Below are positions 9,017-18,622 of a stretch of DNA of 32,000 bases, piece after piece. The number at the start of each line of letters is the position of its first letter. The first letter of the stretch is position 1. This DNA is from Candidatus Saccharimonadota bacterium (GTDB taxonomy: Bacteria > Bacteroidota > Bacteroidia > Flavobacteriales > Blattabacteriaceae), in the NCBI RefSeq assembly GCF_028673255.1, contig NZ_CP110504.1:30001-62000 (forward strand), read 5' to 3'. The translations under genes and the position numbers were made by a program. The notes under the pieces are model-generated. The model saw only the letters and a list, made by a program, of their open reading frames with translations, was not told the DNA's origin and did no database searches.

Positions 9017-9220
9017 TTATTTTAGCAATAATTTAAGAAGTTTTTTTTTGTTACTAACTTTTTTAAGTAAAAATCTATAAGTATTATAATCATGTTTATT
9101 GTGTTTTAAATGATTCGTCATTTTTTTTATCTTTTTATTTAAGTAGAATAGTTGTGCTATATTTGAACCAGTATCTAATTTGAGATTATTTGTTTTTAAG
9201 AACATTTCTGATATTTTCAA
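9017..9220 (-). CDS. rpsO: 30S ribosomal protein S15, C-terminally short at 67 aa
   Basis: The S15 core DTGSNIAQLFYLNKKIKKMTNHLKHNKHDYNTYRFLLKKVSNKKKLL sits in the conserved rpsO-pnp position. Confidence 0.8.
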   Translation of the reverse strand: MKISEMFLKTNNLKLDTGSNIAQLFYLNKKIKKMTNHLKHNKHDYNTYRFLLKKVSNKKKLLKLLLK

Positions 9221-9294
9221 TCAATATAAGTTTTAAATAAACAGAAAAGAAAAATTTCATTCGCTATATATTATTTGAAACTTTTAAAAGTCAA

Positions 9295-9546
9295 ATGAAA
9301 AAAGGAATACATCCAAAAAATTATAGAGTTGTAGTATTTCAAGATATAGCAAGCCAAAATCAAATATTTTGTAAATCCACAGTAGAAACTAAATATGTTA
9401 TAAAAATTAAAAATAAAGTTTATCCTTTATTTAAAATGGATGTTTCGAGCTTATCGCATCCAACTTATATTGGTAAACTAAAATATCTGAATAAAGCTGG
9501 TAGAATAGAAAAGTTTCATTCTAGATATAAGGTGGTTCAAAGATAA
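9295..9546 (+). CDS. rpmE: 50S ribosomal protein L31 (type B)
   Basis: N-terminus MKKGIHPKNYRVVVFQD, plus HPTYIGK...AGRIEKF. Confidence 0.88.
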   Translation: MKKGIHPKNYRVVVFQDIASQNQIFCKSTVETKYVIKIKNKVYPLFKMDVSSLSHPTYIGKLKYLNKAGRIEKFHSRYKVVQR

Positions 9547-9572
9547 AAAGAAAAAATGCAGAATATTTGAAT

Positions 9573-10571
9573 TTAATCATAAAACTTATCGAATAAATTA
9601 CGTTCATATTTTAATTTACCAACTAGAGCAATCATAGCAGCATTATCAGTTGAAAATTCACTTTTTGGGAAAAAAGTTTTCCAGTTATTTTCTATAGATT
9701 TTTCGCTAAAAAATTTTTGTAATCCAATATTTGATGAAATACCTCCAGAAAAAACTATATTTTTTATTCCAGTTTTTTGAACAGTTTTATTTAATTTATC
9801 AAATAATATTTCAAAAACAGTATCTTGAAAAGAAGCACAGATATCATTAATATTTTGTGAAACAAACTCGCTATTGTTTTTAATTTTCTTATTCAAAAAA
9901 TATAACAACTTAGTCTGTAAACCACTAAAACTAAAATTTAAATTTTTTACTTTAGGTTTATTAAAACAAAATTTTTTAGAATTGCCTAATTGAGCATATT
10001 TCTCTATAATTCTACCCCATGGGTATTGAAATCCAAGTACTTTAGCAATATTATCAAATAGATTTCCTAAAGAAATATCGTTAGAGCTTCCTAAAATTTT
10101 CATTTCTAAAAAATCTTTTACTTTTATTATATTAGTATGTCCACCACTGATAGATAAAGAAATAAAGGGAAAATTAGGGTTAGTAGAATGTACTCCTTCC
10201 AGAAAATTAGCTAGAATATGGGCTTGAATATGATTTACAGAAATTAAAGGAATTTTCCAACACATAGCTAAGGATTTTGCAAAAGCACTGCCAACTAATA
10301 AAGAACCTATTAGGCCTGGGAATTTAGTAAACGCAATAGCATTAATAGCGTTAGTTGTAATTTTGGCTTTTAAGATTGCATTCTTAACTACATAAACTAT
10401 ATGCTTAAGATGTAAAATGGATGCTAATTCAGGTACCACTCCACCAAATTTTTTATGAATTTGTTGAGTCCTTACAATATTTGATAACACTGTGTTATTC
10501 TTTATAATGGCAGCACAAGTATCATCACAAGATGTATCTATACCTAAAATAATTAAATTCTTTTTTTTCAT
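9573..10571 (-). CDS. tsaD: tRNA N6-adenosine threonylcarbamoyltransferase TsaD (Gcp/YgjD)
   Basis: ILGIDTSCDDTCAAI N-terminus, the HIQAHILANF His motif, and SGGHTNI plus GGISSN of the Kae1/TsaD fold. Confidence 0.88.
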   Translation of the reverse strand: MKKKNLIILGIDTSCDDTCAAIIKNNTVLSNIVRTQQIHKKFGGVVPELASILHLKHIVYVVKNAILKAKITTNAINAIAFTKFPGLIGSLLVGSAFAKSLAMCWKIPLISVNHIQAHILANFLEGVHSTNPNFPFISLSISGGHTNIIKVKDFLEMKILGSSNDISLGNLFDNIAKVLGFQYPWGRIIEKYAQLGNSKKFCFNKPKVKNLNFSFSGLQTKLLYFLNKKIKNNSEFVSQNINDICASFQDTVFEILFDKLNKTVQKTGIKNIVFSGGISSNIGLQKFFSEKSIENNWKTFFPKSEFSTDNAAMIALVGKLKYERNLFDKFYD

Positions 10572-10615
10572 GTATTTTAAAAATGTTATAAATTAAAAAA
10601 AAAGCAAGTGTTATT

Positions 10616-10990
10616 ATGCCTACAATTCAACAATTAATAAAAAAGGGTAGAAAACAAATAAAAAAAACAAGTAAATCTTTAGCCTTAAATAACTGTCCAC
10701 AACGCAGAGGCATATGTCTTAGAGTATACACAACTACTCCTAAAAAACCTAATTCTGCGATGAGAAAAGTAGCAAGGGTACGGATAAGCAATGGAAAAGA
10801 AGTAAACGCTTATATACCTGGTGAAGGACATAATCTTCAAGAACATTCAATAGTTTTGATAAGGGGAGGTCGAGTAAAGGATTTACCAGGGGTACGTTAT
10901 CATATCATTAGAGGAGCTTTGGATACTTTAGGAGTTAAAGACAGAAAGAAATCCCGTTCAAAATATGGAACAAAACAGAAAAGTAAATAA
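10616..10990 (+). CDS. rpsL: 30S ribosomal protein S12
   Basis: [13 protein letters not shown]...[38 protein letters not shown]. Confidence 0.97.
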   Translation: MPTIQQLIKKGRKQIKKTSKSLALNNCPQRRGICLRVYTTTPKKPNSAMRKVARVRISNGKEVNAYIPGEGHNLQEHSIVLIRGGRVKDLPGVRYHIIRGALDTLGVKDRKKSRSKYGTKQKSK

Positions 10991-10992
10991 TT

Positions 10993-11478
10993 ATGAGAAA
11001 ATTAAAAAAAAAACAAAGAATATACGAACCAGATAAAAAATTTAAAGAACCATTAGTTACAAGATTTGTTAATCATTTAATGAAACATGGAAAAAAAAAA
11101 TTAGCATATAGCATATTTTCTAATTTTATAGATGAATTAGAAAAGATCTATAAGAAGAATAATAATAAAAATAAAAAAGGCATAACAATTTGGAATAAAG
11201 CTTTAGCAAATGTTACTCCACAAATAGATATAAAAAGTAGACGAATAGGGGGGACAAAAATAAATATCCCAATTATTATACCAAAAAACTTACAATTAAC
11301 TAAAGCTATTAAGTTACTTATTAATAGTTCTAAAGAAAGAAAAGAAAAAGCAATGTATAAGAAATTAGCAGTAGAAACATTAGCAGCTTACCAAAAAGAA
11401 GGAAGAGCAATAAAAAAAAAAGAGAATATTCATAAATTAGCTGAATCAAATAAAGCATTTTCACATATTAAATTTTAA
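10993..11478 (+). CDS. rpsG: 30S ribosomal protein S7
   Basis: A 161-aa protein in the position after rpsL, with S7 strings DKKFKEPLVTRFVNHLMKHGKK and AFSHIKF at the end. Confidence 0.92.
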   Translation: MRKLKKKQRIYEPDKKFKEPLVTRFVNHLMKHGKKKLAYSIFSNFIDELEKIYKKNNNKNKKGITIWNKALANVTPQIDIKSRRIGGTKINIPIIIPKNLQLTKAIKLLINSSKERKEKAMYKKLAVETLAAYQKEGRAIKKKENIHKLAESNKAFSHIKF

Positions 11479-11490
11479 CAATAAATTTGA

Positions 11491-13575
11491 ATGGTAAGCA
11501 AGTTAAAATATACAAGAAATATTGGATTCGCAGCTCATATTGATGCTGGTAAAACTACTACGACCGAAAGAATATTATTCTATACTGGAATAAATCATAA
11601 ACTTGGAGAAGTTCATGAAGGTACAGCTACTATGGATTGGATGGAACAAGAACAAGAACGAGGAATTACCATAACTTCAGCTGCTACACGTTGTGAATGG
11701 CAAAATAATGATAAAATATATAAAATTAACATTATAGATACACCAGGTCATGTAGATTTTACTGTGGAAGTTGAAAGATCGTTAAGAATATTAGATGGCT
11801 TGGTGATTTTATTTAGTGCAGTTGATGGTGTGGAACCACAATCAGAAAATATTTGGTTACAAGCTGACAAATATAAAGTTCCAAGAATTTGTTTTATTAA
11901 TAAAATGGATCGTAAAGGTGCTAGTTTTTTTGAAGTTTGTGATCAAATAGAAAAAGTACTCGAAACTAATTGTTTGATATTACAAATCCCCATTGGCAAA
12001 GAGGAAAGTTTTCAAGGAATCGTAGATATAATTTCTAAGAAAGCATTCATATGGAATGAAATTGACTTTGGCAGAACATTAAAACAAATACCTATTCCTT
12101 CGAATTTAATAAAAATGACTGAAGAGTATAGAAAAAAAATGATAGAAAGGTTAGCTGAGTATGATTGTAACCTTTTTGATAAATATTTTGATTCAAAAAA
12201 CAAAATAACTGAAGAGGATATAAGAAATACTATAAAAAAACATACATTAAAACTGGAAATAACTCCTGTTATTTGTGGTTCAGCTTTCAAAAATAAAGGA
12301 GTACAATATATTTTGGATGCAATATGCAGATTTCTCCCCTCACCACTGGAAAGTAAAAAGATATACGGTTATAGTGTTAATGAAAAAAAAAAAATAAATA
12401 TTATTCCAAAGAGTAAAAAACCTTTTTCAGCTTTAGCTTTTAAAATTTCTTCTGATCCTTTTGTTGGAAAATTGACTTTTTTTCGAGTATATTCAGGAAA
12501 AATAAAATCTGGATCTTATGTTTTAAACAGTAGAACCAATACTAAAGAAAGAATTTCAAGAATTTATCAAATGCATGCTAATAAACAAAATCCTATTAGT
12601 TTCATTAAAACTGGTGATATTGGTGCAGCAGTAGGGCTTAAAAATATTCAAACTGGAGATACTCTCTGTGATATGAATTATCCAATTTGTTTAGAAAAGA
12701 TCTGGTTACCAGATCCAGTTATTGGGTTAGCAATTGAGCCTAAATACAAATCAGATATAGATAAAATGAGTCTTGCGCTCTCAAAATTAATAGTAGAAGA
12801 TCCATCAGTACAAATTCGTAATGATAAAAACACGGGACAAACAATAATTTCAGGAATGGGTGAGTTACATTTAGAGATTATTATTGATAGAATGAAAAGA
12901 GAATTTAACGTTGAAGTTAATAAAGGTAAGCCACAAGTTGAATATAAAGAAATATTAACCAAAAAGGTTATTCACAGAGAAATATATAAGAAACAAACTG
13001 GTGGAAAAGGGAAATATGCAGATATTATATTTAAGATTGAACCAATCAAAAAAGAATACCAAGGTTTAAAATTTGTAAATAAAGTGAAAGGAGGAAATAT
13101 TCCAACAGAATTTATTCCTTCAATAGAAAAGGGATTTAAAGAATCTTTAAAAAATGGTCCTTTAGCAGGATACGAAATAGAAAAAGCTAAAATTATTTTG
13201 CTTGATGGATCATACCATACAGTAGATTCTGATCAATTATCTTTCGAATTAGTTAGTAAAATAGGGTTTAAAAATGCAGCGAAAAAAGCGAAGCCATATC
13301 TTTTAGAACCTTTTATGAAGGTGGAAGTTTTTACTCATCAAAAATATCTTGGTATTATTGTTGGTGATATTAATCGTAGGAGAGGTGTAATTCAAGGAAT
13401 GGAAGATAAGCGAAAAAATTTAAAACTTATTAAGGCAATAATACCACTATCTGAAATGTTTGGGTACGTGACTTCTTTACGTACTTTATCTTCTGGAAGA
13501 GCCACATCAATAATGATGTTTTCTCATTATCAGAAAGCTCCTGAAATGGTTTGTAAAAAAATAATATATAAATAA
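11491..13575 (+). CDS. fusA: elongation factor G
   Basis: A 694-aa protein with AHIDAGKTTTTERILFYTG, DTPGHVDFT and NKMDR motifs. Confidence 0.97.
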   Translation: MVSKLKYTRNIGFAAHIDAGKTTTTERILFYTGINHKLGEVHEGTATMDWMEQEQERGITITSAATRCEWQNNDKIYKINIIDTPGHVDFTVEVERSLRILDGLVILFSAVDGVEPQSENIWLQADKYKVPRICFINKMDRKGASFFEVCDQIEKVLETNCLILQIPIGKEESFQGIVDIISKKAFIWNEIDFGRTLKQIPIPSNLIKMTEEYRKKMIERLAEYDCNLFDKYFDSKNKITEEDIRNTIKKHTLKLEITPVICGSAFKNKGVQYILDAICRFLPSPLESKKIYGYSVNEKKKINIIPKSKKPFSALAFKISSDPFVGKLTFFRVYSGKIKSGSYVLNSRTNTKERISRIYQMHANKQNPISFIKTGDIGAAVGLKNIQTGDTLCDMNYPICLEKIWLPDPVIGLAIEPKYKSDIDKMSLALSKLIVEDPSVQIRNDKNTGQTIISGMGELHLEIIIDRMKREFNVEVNKGKPQVEYKEILTKKVIHREIYKKQTGGKGKYADIIFKIEPIKKEYQGLKFVNKVKGGNIPTEFIPSIEKGFKESLKNGPLAGYEIEKAKIILLDGSYHTVDSDQLSFELVSKIGFKNAAKKAKPYLLEPFMKVEVFTHQKYLGIIVGDINRRRGVIQGMEDKRKNLKLIKAIIPLSEMFGYVTSLRTLSSGRATSIMMFSHYQKAPEMVCKKIIYK

Positions 13576-13581
13576 AGAAAT

Positions 13582-13881
13582 ATGTTGAATTATAAAATTA
13601 AAATAAAAGCATTTTACGGGTTTGTATTAAACATATCAGTCATACAAATAATGAATTACATTTCAAAGAACAATATAAAAGGAAATGGACCAATTCATTT
13701 ACCAACTAAAAAAAAAATATATACAATATTAAGATCTCCACATGTGCATAAAAAATCCAGAGAACAATTTAAATTGTACATCCATCAAAGATTTTTCTTT
13801 GTATATAATGTAAAATACAATGTTTTAAAAAAAATTTATATCCCTAGTTGTGTGAAATTAGAAATAACCAAAATATGTTAG
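13582..13881 (+). CDS. rpsJ: 30S ribosomal protein S10
   Basis: [28 protein letters not shown]. The gene follows fusA directly with no tuf, as in Bacteroidota. Confidence 0.9.
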   Translation: MLNYKIKIKAFYGFVLNISVIQIMNYISKNNIKGNGPIHLPTKKKIYTILRSPHVHKKSREQFKLYIHQRFFFVYNVKYNVLKKIYIPSCVKLEITKIC

Positions 13882-14522
13882 GGCTAATTGGCAAGAAGAT
13901 ATGTATGACTAGTTATTTTAACGAATTAGGTTACTGTATACCCTGTACAGTAATAAAAGCTGGACCTTGTACAGTATTACAAAAAAAGAGTATAAAACAA
14001 GATGGATATTCTTCTATTCAACTAGGGTATGAAGAAAAAAAAAAGAAAAATACTAATAAACCTTTAGTAGGCCATTTTAAGAAATTTAACTCATCTCCGA
14101 AGAAAAGAATATTTGAATTTGCAGGAAATTTTTTAAATGCTCCAGGAGATGTAATAAAAGTAGATTTATTTCAAGAAAATGATAACGTAGACATAGTAGG
14201 AATAGCTAAAGGGAAAGGCTTTCAAGGAGTTGTAAAACGTCATGGATTTTCCGGAGTTGGCGAAAAAACACATGGTCAACATAATCGTTCTCGTGCACCT
14301 GGTTCTATTGGTGCAGGTTCTGATCCATCAAGAGTTTTTAAGGGTACTAGAATGGCAGGTAGAATGGGTGGAAAAAGAATAACAATAAAAAATTTAAAGA
14401 TATTAAAAATATATCTTACTAGAAATTTAGTACTAGTAAAAGGGGCAATACCAGGTCCAACAAATTCTTATTTATTAATAAAAAAAACTTGTTTTAAAAA
14501 TGGTACTAGAAATTTTGAATAA
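13875..14522 (+). CDS. rplC: 50S ribosomal protein L3
   Basis: The L3 N-terminus [15 protein letters not shown] starts at the internal ATG 13875, overlapping the rpsJ end by 7 nt. The motif [13 protein letters not shown] is present. Confidence 0.92.
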   Translation: MLGLIGKKICMTSYFNELGYCIPCTVIKAGPCTVLQKKSIKQDGYSSIQLGYEEKKKKNTNKPLVGHFKKFNSSPKKRIFEFAGNFLNAPGDVIKVDLFQENDNVDIVGIAKGKGFQGVVKRHGFSGVGEKTHGQHNRSRAPGSIGAGSDPSRVFKGTRMAGRMGGKRITIKNLKILKIYLTRNLVLVKGAIPGPTNSYLLIKKTCFKNGTRNFE

Positions 14523-15147
14523 AAATGGTTTAAAAACTGGAAGAAAAATAATATTTAATGAGAATTTGCTTGAAAAGAATATAAATCTAATAACTAAAAA
14601 CCATATAATTTATTTAGAAATTAAAAGATTTTTAGCAGCTCAAAGACAAGGAAGTCATAAAACTAAAGGAAGAAGTCAGATTAAAGGAAGTAATAAAAAA
14701 ATTCAGAACCAAAAAGGAAGTGGGAATGCAAGAAAAGGAGATATAAAAAATCCTTTATTTGTTGGCGGTGGTAGAATTTTTGGTCCTGTTAAAAGAAAGT
14801 ATAATTTAAAATTAAATAAAAAGATTAAAAAGATTGCTAGAAAAATTTTATTTTCTGAAAAACTAAGAAATAAAAAAATTAAACTTATTGAAGATTTTCT
14901 CTTAAAATATATTTCAACTAAAAAAATAATAAAAATATTAATAAAAATAAAAAGTTTTAAAAAAAAAATCTTAATTATTACTAATAAAATCGATAAAAAT
15001 CTATATTTTTCTTGTAGAAACTTGAAACATGTAAAAATTATAAATATAAGAAATGGAATAAACAGTTATGATATAGCCAAAGCTTATTACTTGATAATTA
15101 AAGAAAATTCAGTAACAGATTTAGAAAATATGTTAACTAAGAAATAA
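14500..15147 (+). CDS. rplD: 50S ribosomal protein L4
   Basis: [49 protein letters not shown]. It overlaps the rplC end by 23 nt. Confidence 0.9.
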   Translation: MVLEILNKNGLKTGRKIIFNENLLEKNINLITKNHIIYLEIKRFLAAQRQGSHKTKGRSQIKGSNKKIQNQKGSGNARKGDIKNPLFVGGGRIFGPVKRKYNLKLNKKIKKIARKILFSEKLRNKKIKLIEDFLLKYISTKKIIKILIKIKSFKKKILIITNKIDKNLYFSCRNLKHVKIINIRNGINSYDIAKAYYLIIKENSVTDLENMLTKK

Positions 15148-15154
15148 AAAAAAG

Positions 15155-15472
15155 GTGAGTGAAAATAAAAAAAAACTCTTTTTTTACAAGGAATATATAA
15201 AGAAAAACTTAAGTAAAAAAATTAAACCAATTATAACTGAAAAAGCTATATATTGTAACATATCAAATAATTATTATACTTTTTTATTTCCGATTTATTT
15301 TAATAAAAAAGATATTTCAAAATATTTAAATAGAGTTTATAGAATAAATATAACAAAGTTACATACTAATATTTATTATAAAAAAAAGATTAATAAAAGA
15401 ATATTAAAAAAAACTTTTGCAGGAAAAAAACAAAAATTTAAAAAGGCTTTTTTTCAAGTAAAATATTTTTAA
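15155..15472 (+). CDS. rplW: 50S ribosomal protein L23
   Basis: The operon position and the IKPIITEKA motif support the call. The only available start is GTG at 15155, giving about 20 extra N-terminal residues, so the start is uncertain. Confidence 0.78.
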   Translation: MSENKKKLFFYKEYIKKNLSKKIKPIITEKAIYCNISNNYYTFLFPIYFNKKDISKYLNRVYRINITKLHTNIYYKKKINKRILKKTFAGKKQKFKKAFFQVKYF

Positions 15473-15473
15473 T

Positions 15474-16301
15474 ATGCCAATTAATATAAAAAAACCCATT
15501 ACGCCAAGTCAAAGGTTTCAGATATTAAATAAATTTTCTGAAATAACAAAAAAAAAACCCGAAAAAAGTCTTGTTTTTGGGCTTTCGAAAAAAGGAGGAA
15601 GAAATAATACTGGAAAAATTACGATGAAATATATCGGAGGAGGACATAAAAAAAAATATAGAATTATAGATTTTAAAAGAAAAAAAATGGGAATTCCTGC
15701 TCTAGTTAAATCTATAGAATATGATCCAAATAGATCTTGTTTTATTTCACTTTTACATTATCTAGATGGTGAAAAAAAATATATTTTATCTATTAAAGGA
15801 CTTACCGTCGGAAACAAAATATTATCTGATGAAATTACGAAACCAAAAATAGGAAATGCGATGTTCTTAAAAAATATCCCTTTAGGAAGTATTATTTGCT
15901 GTATTGAACTATATCCTAATGCCGGCGCTGAATTAGCTCGTAGTGCTGGAACATATGCACAATTAATTGCGAAGAAAGAAAAATATTGTACTTTGAAATT
16001 ACCATCAGGTGAAACACGAATGGTATTATCTAATTGTCTGGCAACTATTGGTTCAGTATCAAATCAAGACCATAAATTAGTAATTTCAGGAAAAGCTGGA
16101 AGAAATCGTAGGTTAGGAAAAAGACCTAGAACAAGATGTGTGGCTATGAATCCAGTAGATCATGGTATGGGAGGAGGTGAAGGGAAAGCATCAGGAGGAC
16201 ATCCTAGAAATAGAAATGGAATTCCTTCCCATGGATTTAAAACCCGTAAAAAAAACAAAAAAACCAATAAATATATTATAAGAAAAAGAAAAAATAAGTA
16301 A
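15474..16301 (+). CDS. rplB: 50S ribosomal protein L2
   Basis: [28 protein letters not shown] and [14 protein letters not shown]. Confidence 0.97.
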   Translation: MPINIKKPITPSQRFQILNKFSEITKKKPEKSLVFGLSKKGGRNNTGKITMKYIGGGHKKKYRIIDFKRKKMGIPALVKSIEYDPNRSCFISLLHYLDGEKKYILSIKGLTVGNKILSDEITKPKIGNAMFLKNIPLGSIICCIELYPNAGAELARSAGTYAQLIAKKEKYCTLKLPSGETRMVLSNCLATIGSVSNQDHKLVISGKAGRNRRLGKRPRTRCVAMNPVDHGMGGGEGKASGGHPRNRNGIPSHGFKTRKKNKKTNKYIIRKRKNK

Positions 16302-16312
16302 TAAGAATAAGT

Positions 16313-16621
16313 ATGCCACGTTCATTGAAAAAAGGGCCATTTGTTAATTACAAATTGATTAAAAAAATTGTAATAAACAATAGATTAAAAACAAAGAAAA
16401 TAATAAAGACTTGGTCAAGATCTTCAACAATAACTCCAGAGTTTATAGGAAATTCAATTGCAGTTCATAATGGTAAAAAATTCATTACAATTTATATTTC
16501 AGAAAATATGGTAGGACATAAATTAGGAGAATTTTCTCATACTAGAAATTTTCGTAGTCATTCTGGAGCTAAAAAAATACAAAAAAGTTTGCCTTTAAAA
16601 AAAAAACCAAGGAATGCTTAA
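16313..16621 (+). CDS. rpsS: 30S ribosomal protein S19
   Basis: [11 protein letters not shown]...[25 protein letters not shown]...[19 protein letters not shown]. Confidence 0.95.
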   Translation: MPRSLKKGPFVNYKLIKKIVINNRLKTKKIIKTWSRSSTITPEFIGNSIAVHNGKKFITIYISENMVGHKLGEFSHTRNFRSHSGAKKIQKSLPLKKKPRNA

Positions 16622-16949
16622 AAAGTTGTATTATAAATCTAATAATATTAATTATTCCCAAATTAAGCTTATAAAATTAATTAATATACTTAAATCTAAA
16701 AATATTGAATACATAATAAATTTATTGGGAAATCTTCAAAATAAAGGAGCTATATTTTTAAAAAAGATAATTTTAAATGCCTACAAGCAGAATTTTTATA
16801 AAATAGAATCACAAAAACAAAATGTATATCTAAAAAATATTATAATTAACAAAAGCATAATGTTTCAAAAAATTAGGCCAGCACCTCAAGGTAGAGCTAA
16901 TAAAATAAAAAAACAATTTTTTAAAATGATTTTGATACTTAAAAAATAA
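16614..16949 (+). CDS. rplV: 50S ribosomal protein L22
   Basis: Operon position plus the C-terminal [14 protein letters not shown] motif. The protein is otherwise highly divergent. Confidence 0.85.
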   Translation: MLKKLYYKSNNINYSQIKLIKLINILKSKNIEYIINLLGNLQNKGAIFLKKIILNAYKQNFYKIESQKQNVYLKNIIINKSIMFQKIRPAPQGRANKIKKQFFKMILILKK

Positions 16950-16950
16950 A

Positions 16951-17658
16951 ATGGGACAAAAGGTTAATCCTATATCTAATAGGCTAGGAATATCAACTTA
17001 CTGGAAATCCAGATGGTATAGTGAAAATTTTAAGCAGCTTAAAGAAGATTTAGAAATACGAAACTATCTAAATATTAGATTAGCCAAAGGTTTTTTATCA
17101 TCTATATACATAGAAAGAACAAATTCTAAAATTTTTATTACCATTTATTCTTCAAGACCTGCAATAATTATTGGAAAATTAGGAATAGAAAAATTAAAAC
17201 AAGGAATTAATAAAATTTTAAAACAAGGAATTAATAAGAAACAAATAAATATTAATATACTAGAAGTAAAGATACCAGAAGTAGATGCTCTCTTAATTGC
17301 AAAAAACATTGCAAATCAAATTGAAAATCGTCTATCTTATAAGAAAGCTATAAAGTTTGCGATATATTCTGCATTACGGAAAAAGGTAGAAGGGATAAAA
17401 ATCCAAATTTCGGGTCGTTTAAATGGAACTGAAATGGCACGTACTGAATTTTATAAAGAAGGAAGAATTCCTTTTTCTACTTTTAGGGCTAACATAGATT
17501 ATGCAACTTATGAAGCTCATACTACTTATGGAAAACTAGGGCTTAAAGTATGGATTATGAAAGGAGTAGTATATAGTAAAAAAGAATTATATATATTAAA
17601 TAGAATTCCTAAAAAAAAAATAAAACTAACTTATGTTAAAGCCAAAAAGGAAGAATAA
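16951..17658 (+). CDS. rpsC: 30S ribosomal protein S3
   Basis: [14 protein letters not shown]...W.SRWY, a KH domain, and [33 protein letters not shown]. Confidence 0.96.
   Translation: MGQKVNPISNRLGISTYWKSRWYSENFKQLKEDLEIRNYLNIRLAKGFLSSIYIERTNSKIFITIYSSRPAIIIGKLGIEKLKQGINKILKQGINKKQININILEVKIPEVDALLIAKNIANQIENRLSYKKAIKFAIYSALRKKVEGIKIQISGRLNGTEMARTEFYKEGRIPFSTFRANIDYATYEAHTTYGKLGLKVWIMKGVVYSKKELYILNRIPKKKIKLTYVKAKKEE
17194..17241 (+). repeat. in-frame 24-nt tandem duplication inside rpsC (LKQGINKI / LKQGINKK)
   Basis: The 20-mer ttaaaacaaggaattaataa occurs at 17194-17213 and again at 17218-17237, a period of 24 nt. Confidence 0.9.
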
Positions 17659-18011
17659 AAGGATATGCTAAAAAAGGTACAAAACTTAACTTTGGTATAT
17701 TTGGACTTAAGAATTTAGACACAGCTTGGCTTTCAGATAGACAAATAGAAGCAGCTCGTATAGTTGCTACACGATATATGAAAAGACAAGGAAAATTGTG
17801 GATAAATATATTTCCTAATAAGCCTATTACAAAAAAGCCTCAAGAAGTTAGAATGGGAAAAGGAAAAGGTGCTATAGACCATTGGGTAGCTGTGGTAAAA
17901 CCTGGTAGGATTTTAATAGAAATAGATGGAGTAACTTTTGAAATAGGAAAAGAAGCTTTAAGATTAGCTGCTAATAAATTGCCAATAAGAACAAAATTAA
18001 TTTGTTTATGA
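17633..18011 (+). CDS. rplP: 50S ribosomal protein L16, reading frame broken near the 5' end
   Basis: ATG 17633 gives [12 protein letters not shown] followed by TAA at 17669-17671. The conserved L16 body [24 protein letters not shown]...[22 protein letters not shown]... is in the +1 frame from 17640 to TGA at 18009-18011. The first in-frame ATG of that frame is at 17778. Confidence 0.85.
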
Positions 18012-18268
18012 GAAAACAAAAACTTGGAGTAATATTAAGTGAGAAAATGAATAAAACCAGAGTAGTAGGTGAAGTAGTAAAAAGGAAACATAAGATTTAT
18101 AAAAAGAATATTTATTATACAAGAAAATATTTGGTTCACGATGAACAAAATAAGTCCAATACAGGTGATACCGTAGAAATAATTTTTACACGACCATTAA
18201 GTAAGAATAAACGTTGGAATTTCTTGAAAATAATTAAAACAAATGTTACAACAAGAATCAATTCTTAA
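18008..18268 (+). CDS. rpsQ: 30S ribosomal protein S17
   Basis: [19 protein letters not shown]...[35 protein letters not shown] 18008 forms an ATGA overlap with the rplP stop, and TTG 18002 is an alternative start. Confidence 0.92.
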   Translation: MRKQKLGVILSEKMNKTRVVGEVVKRKHKIYKKNIYYTRKYLVHDEQNKSNTGDTVEIIFTRPLSKNKRWNFLKIIKTNVTTRINS

Positions 18269-18611
18269 TGTTGCAGATAACTCTGGAGCGAAAAAAGTTT
18301 TATTAATATGTGTATTAGGAGGCACGAAAAAAAAAGCTGCCTCTATTGGAGATACTATTGTAGTAACAGTTAAAAATTCAATTGCTGGATCTAAAATAAA
18401 GAAAGGACAAGTGACAAAAGCAGTAGTGGTTAGAACAAAATATAAAGTGAAACGCAAGGATGGATCATATATAAGTTTCGATGAGAACGCCTGTGTTTTA
18501 TTATCAAAAAGTGGAGAACTTATAGGAACTAGAGTATTTGGTCCAGTTGCAAGAGAATTAAGAGAAAAAGAATATATGAAAATAATTTCATTAGCATCAG
18601 AAGTTTTATAA
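18243..18611 (+). CDS. rplN: 50S ribosomal protein L14
   Basis: [18 protein letters not shown]...[23 protein letters not shown]. It overlaps the rpsQ end by 26 nt. Confidence 0.96.
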   Translation: MLQQESILNVADNSGAKKVLLICVLGGTKKKAASIGDTIVVTVKNSIAGSKIKKGQVTKAVVVRTKYKVKRKDGSYISFDENACVLLSKSGELIGTRVFGPVARELREKEYMKIISLASEVL

Positions 18612-18622
18612 TAAGATTAAAA

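Noticed and set aside
12012-12962. Two minus-strand ORFs of 92 and 94 aa, at 12012-12290 and 12678-12962.
   Set aside because: Both are antisense to fusA, which is highly conserved throughout.
13848-13874. The upstream extension (MCEIRNNQN) of the tracked rplC ORF.
   Set aside because: The L3 consensus N-terminus MxGLIGKKxGMT begins at ATG 13875. The extension lies inside the rpsJ coding end.
18197-18457. An 86-aa minus-strand ORF.
   Set aside because: It is antisense to the rpsQ end and to rplN, both unambiguous ribosomal protein genes.
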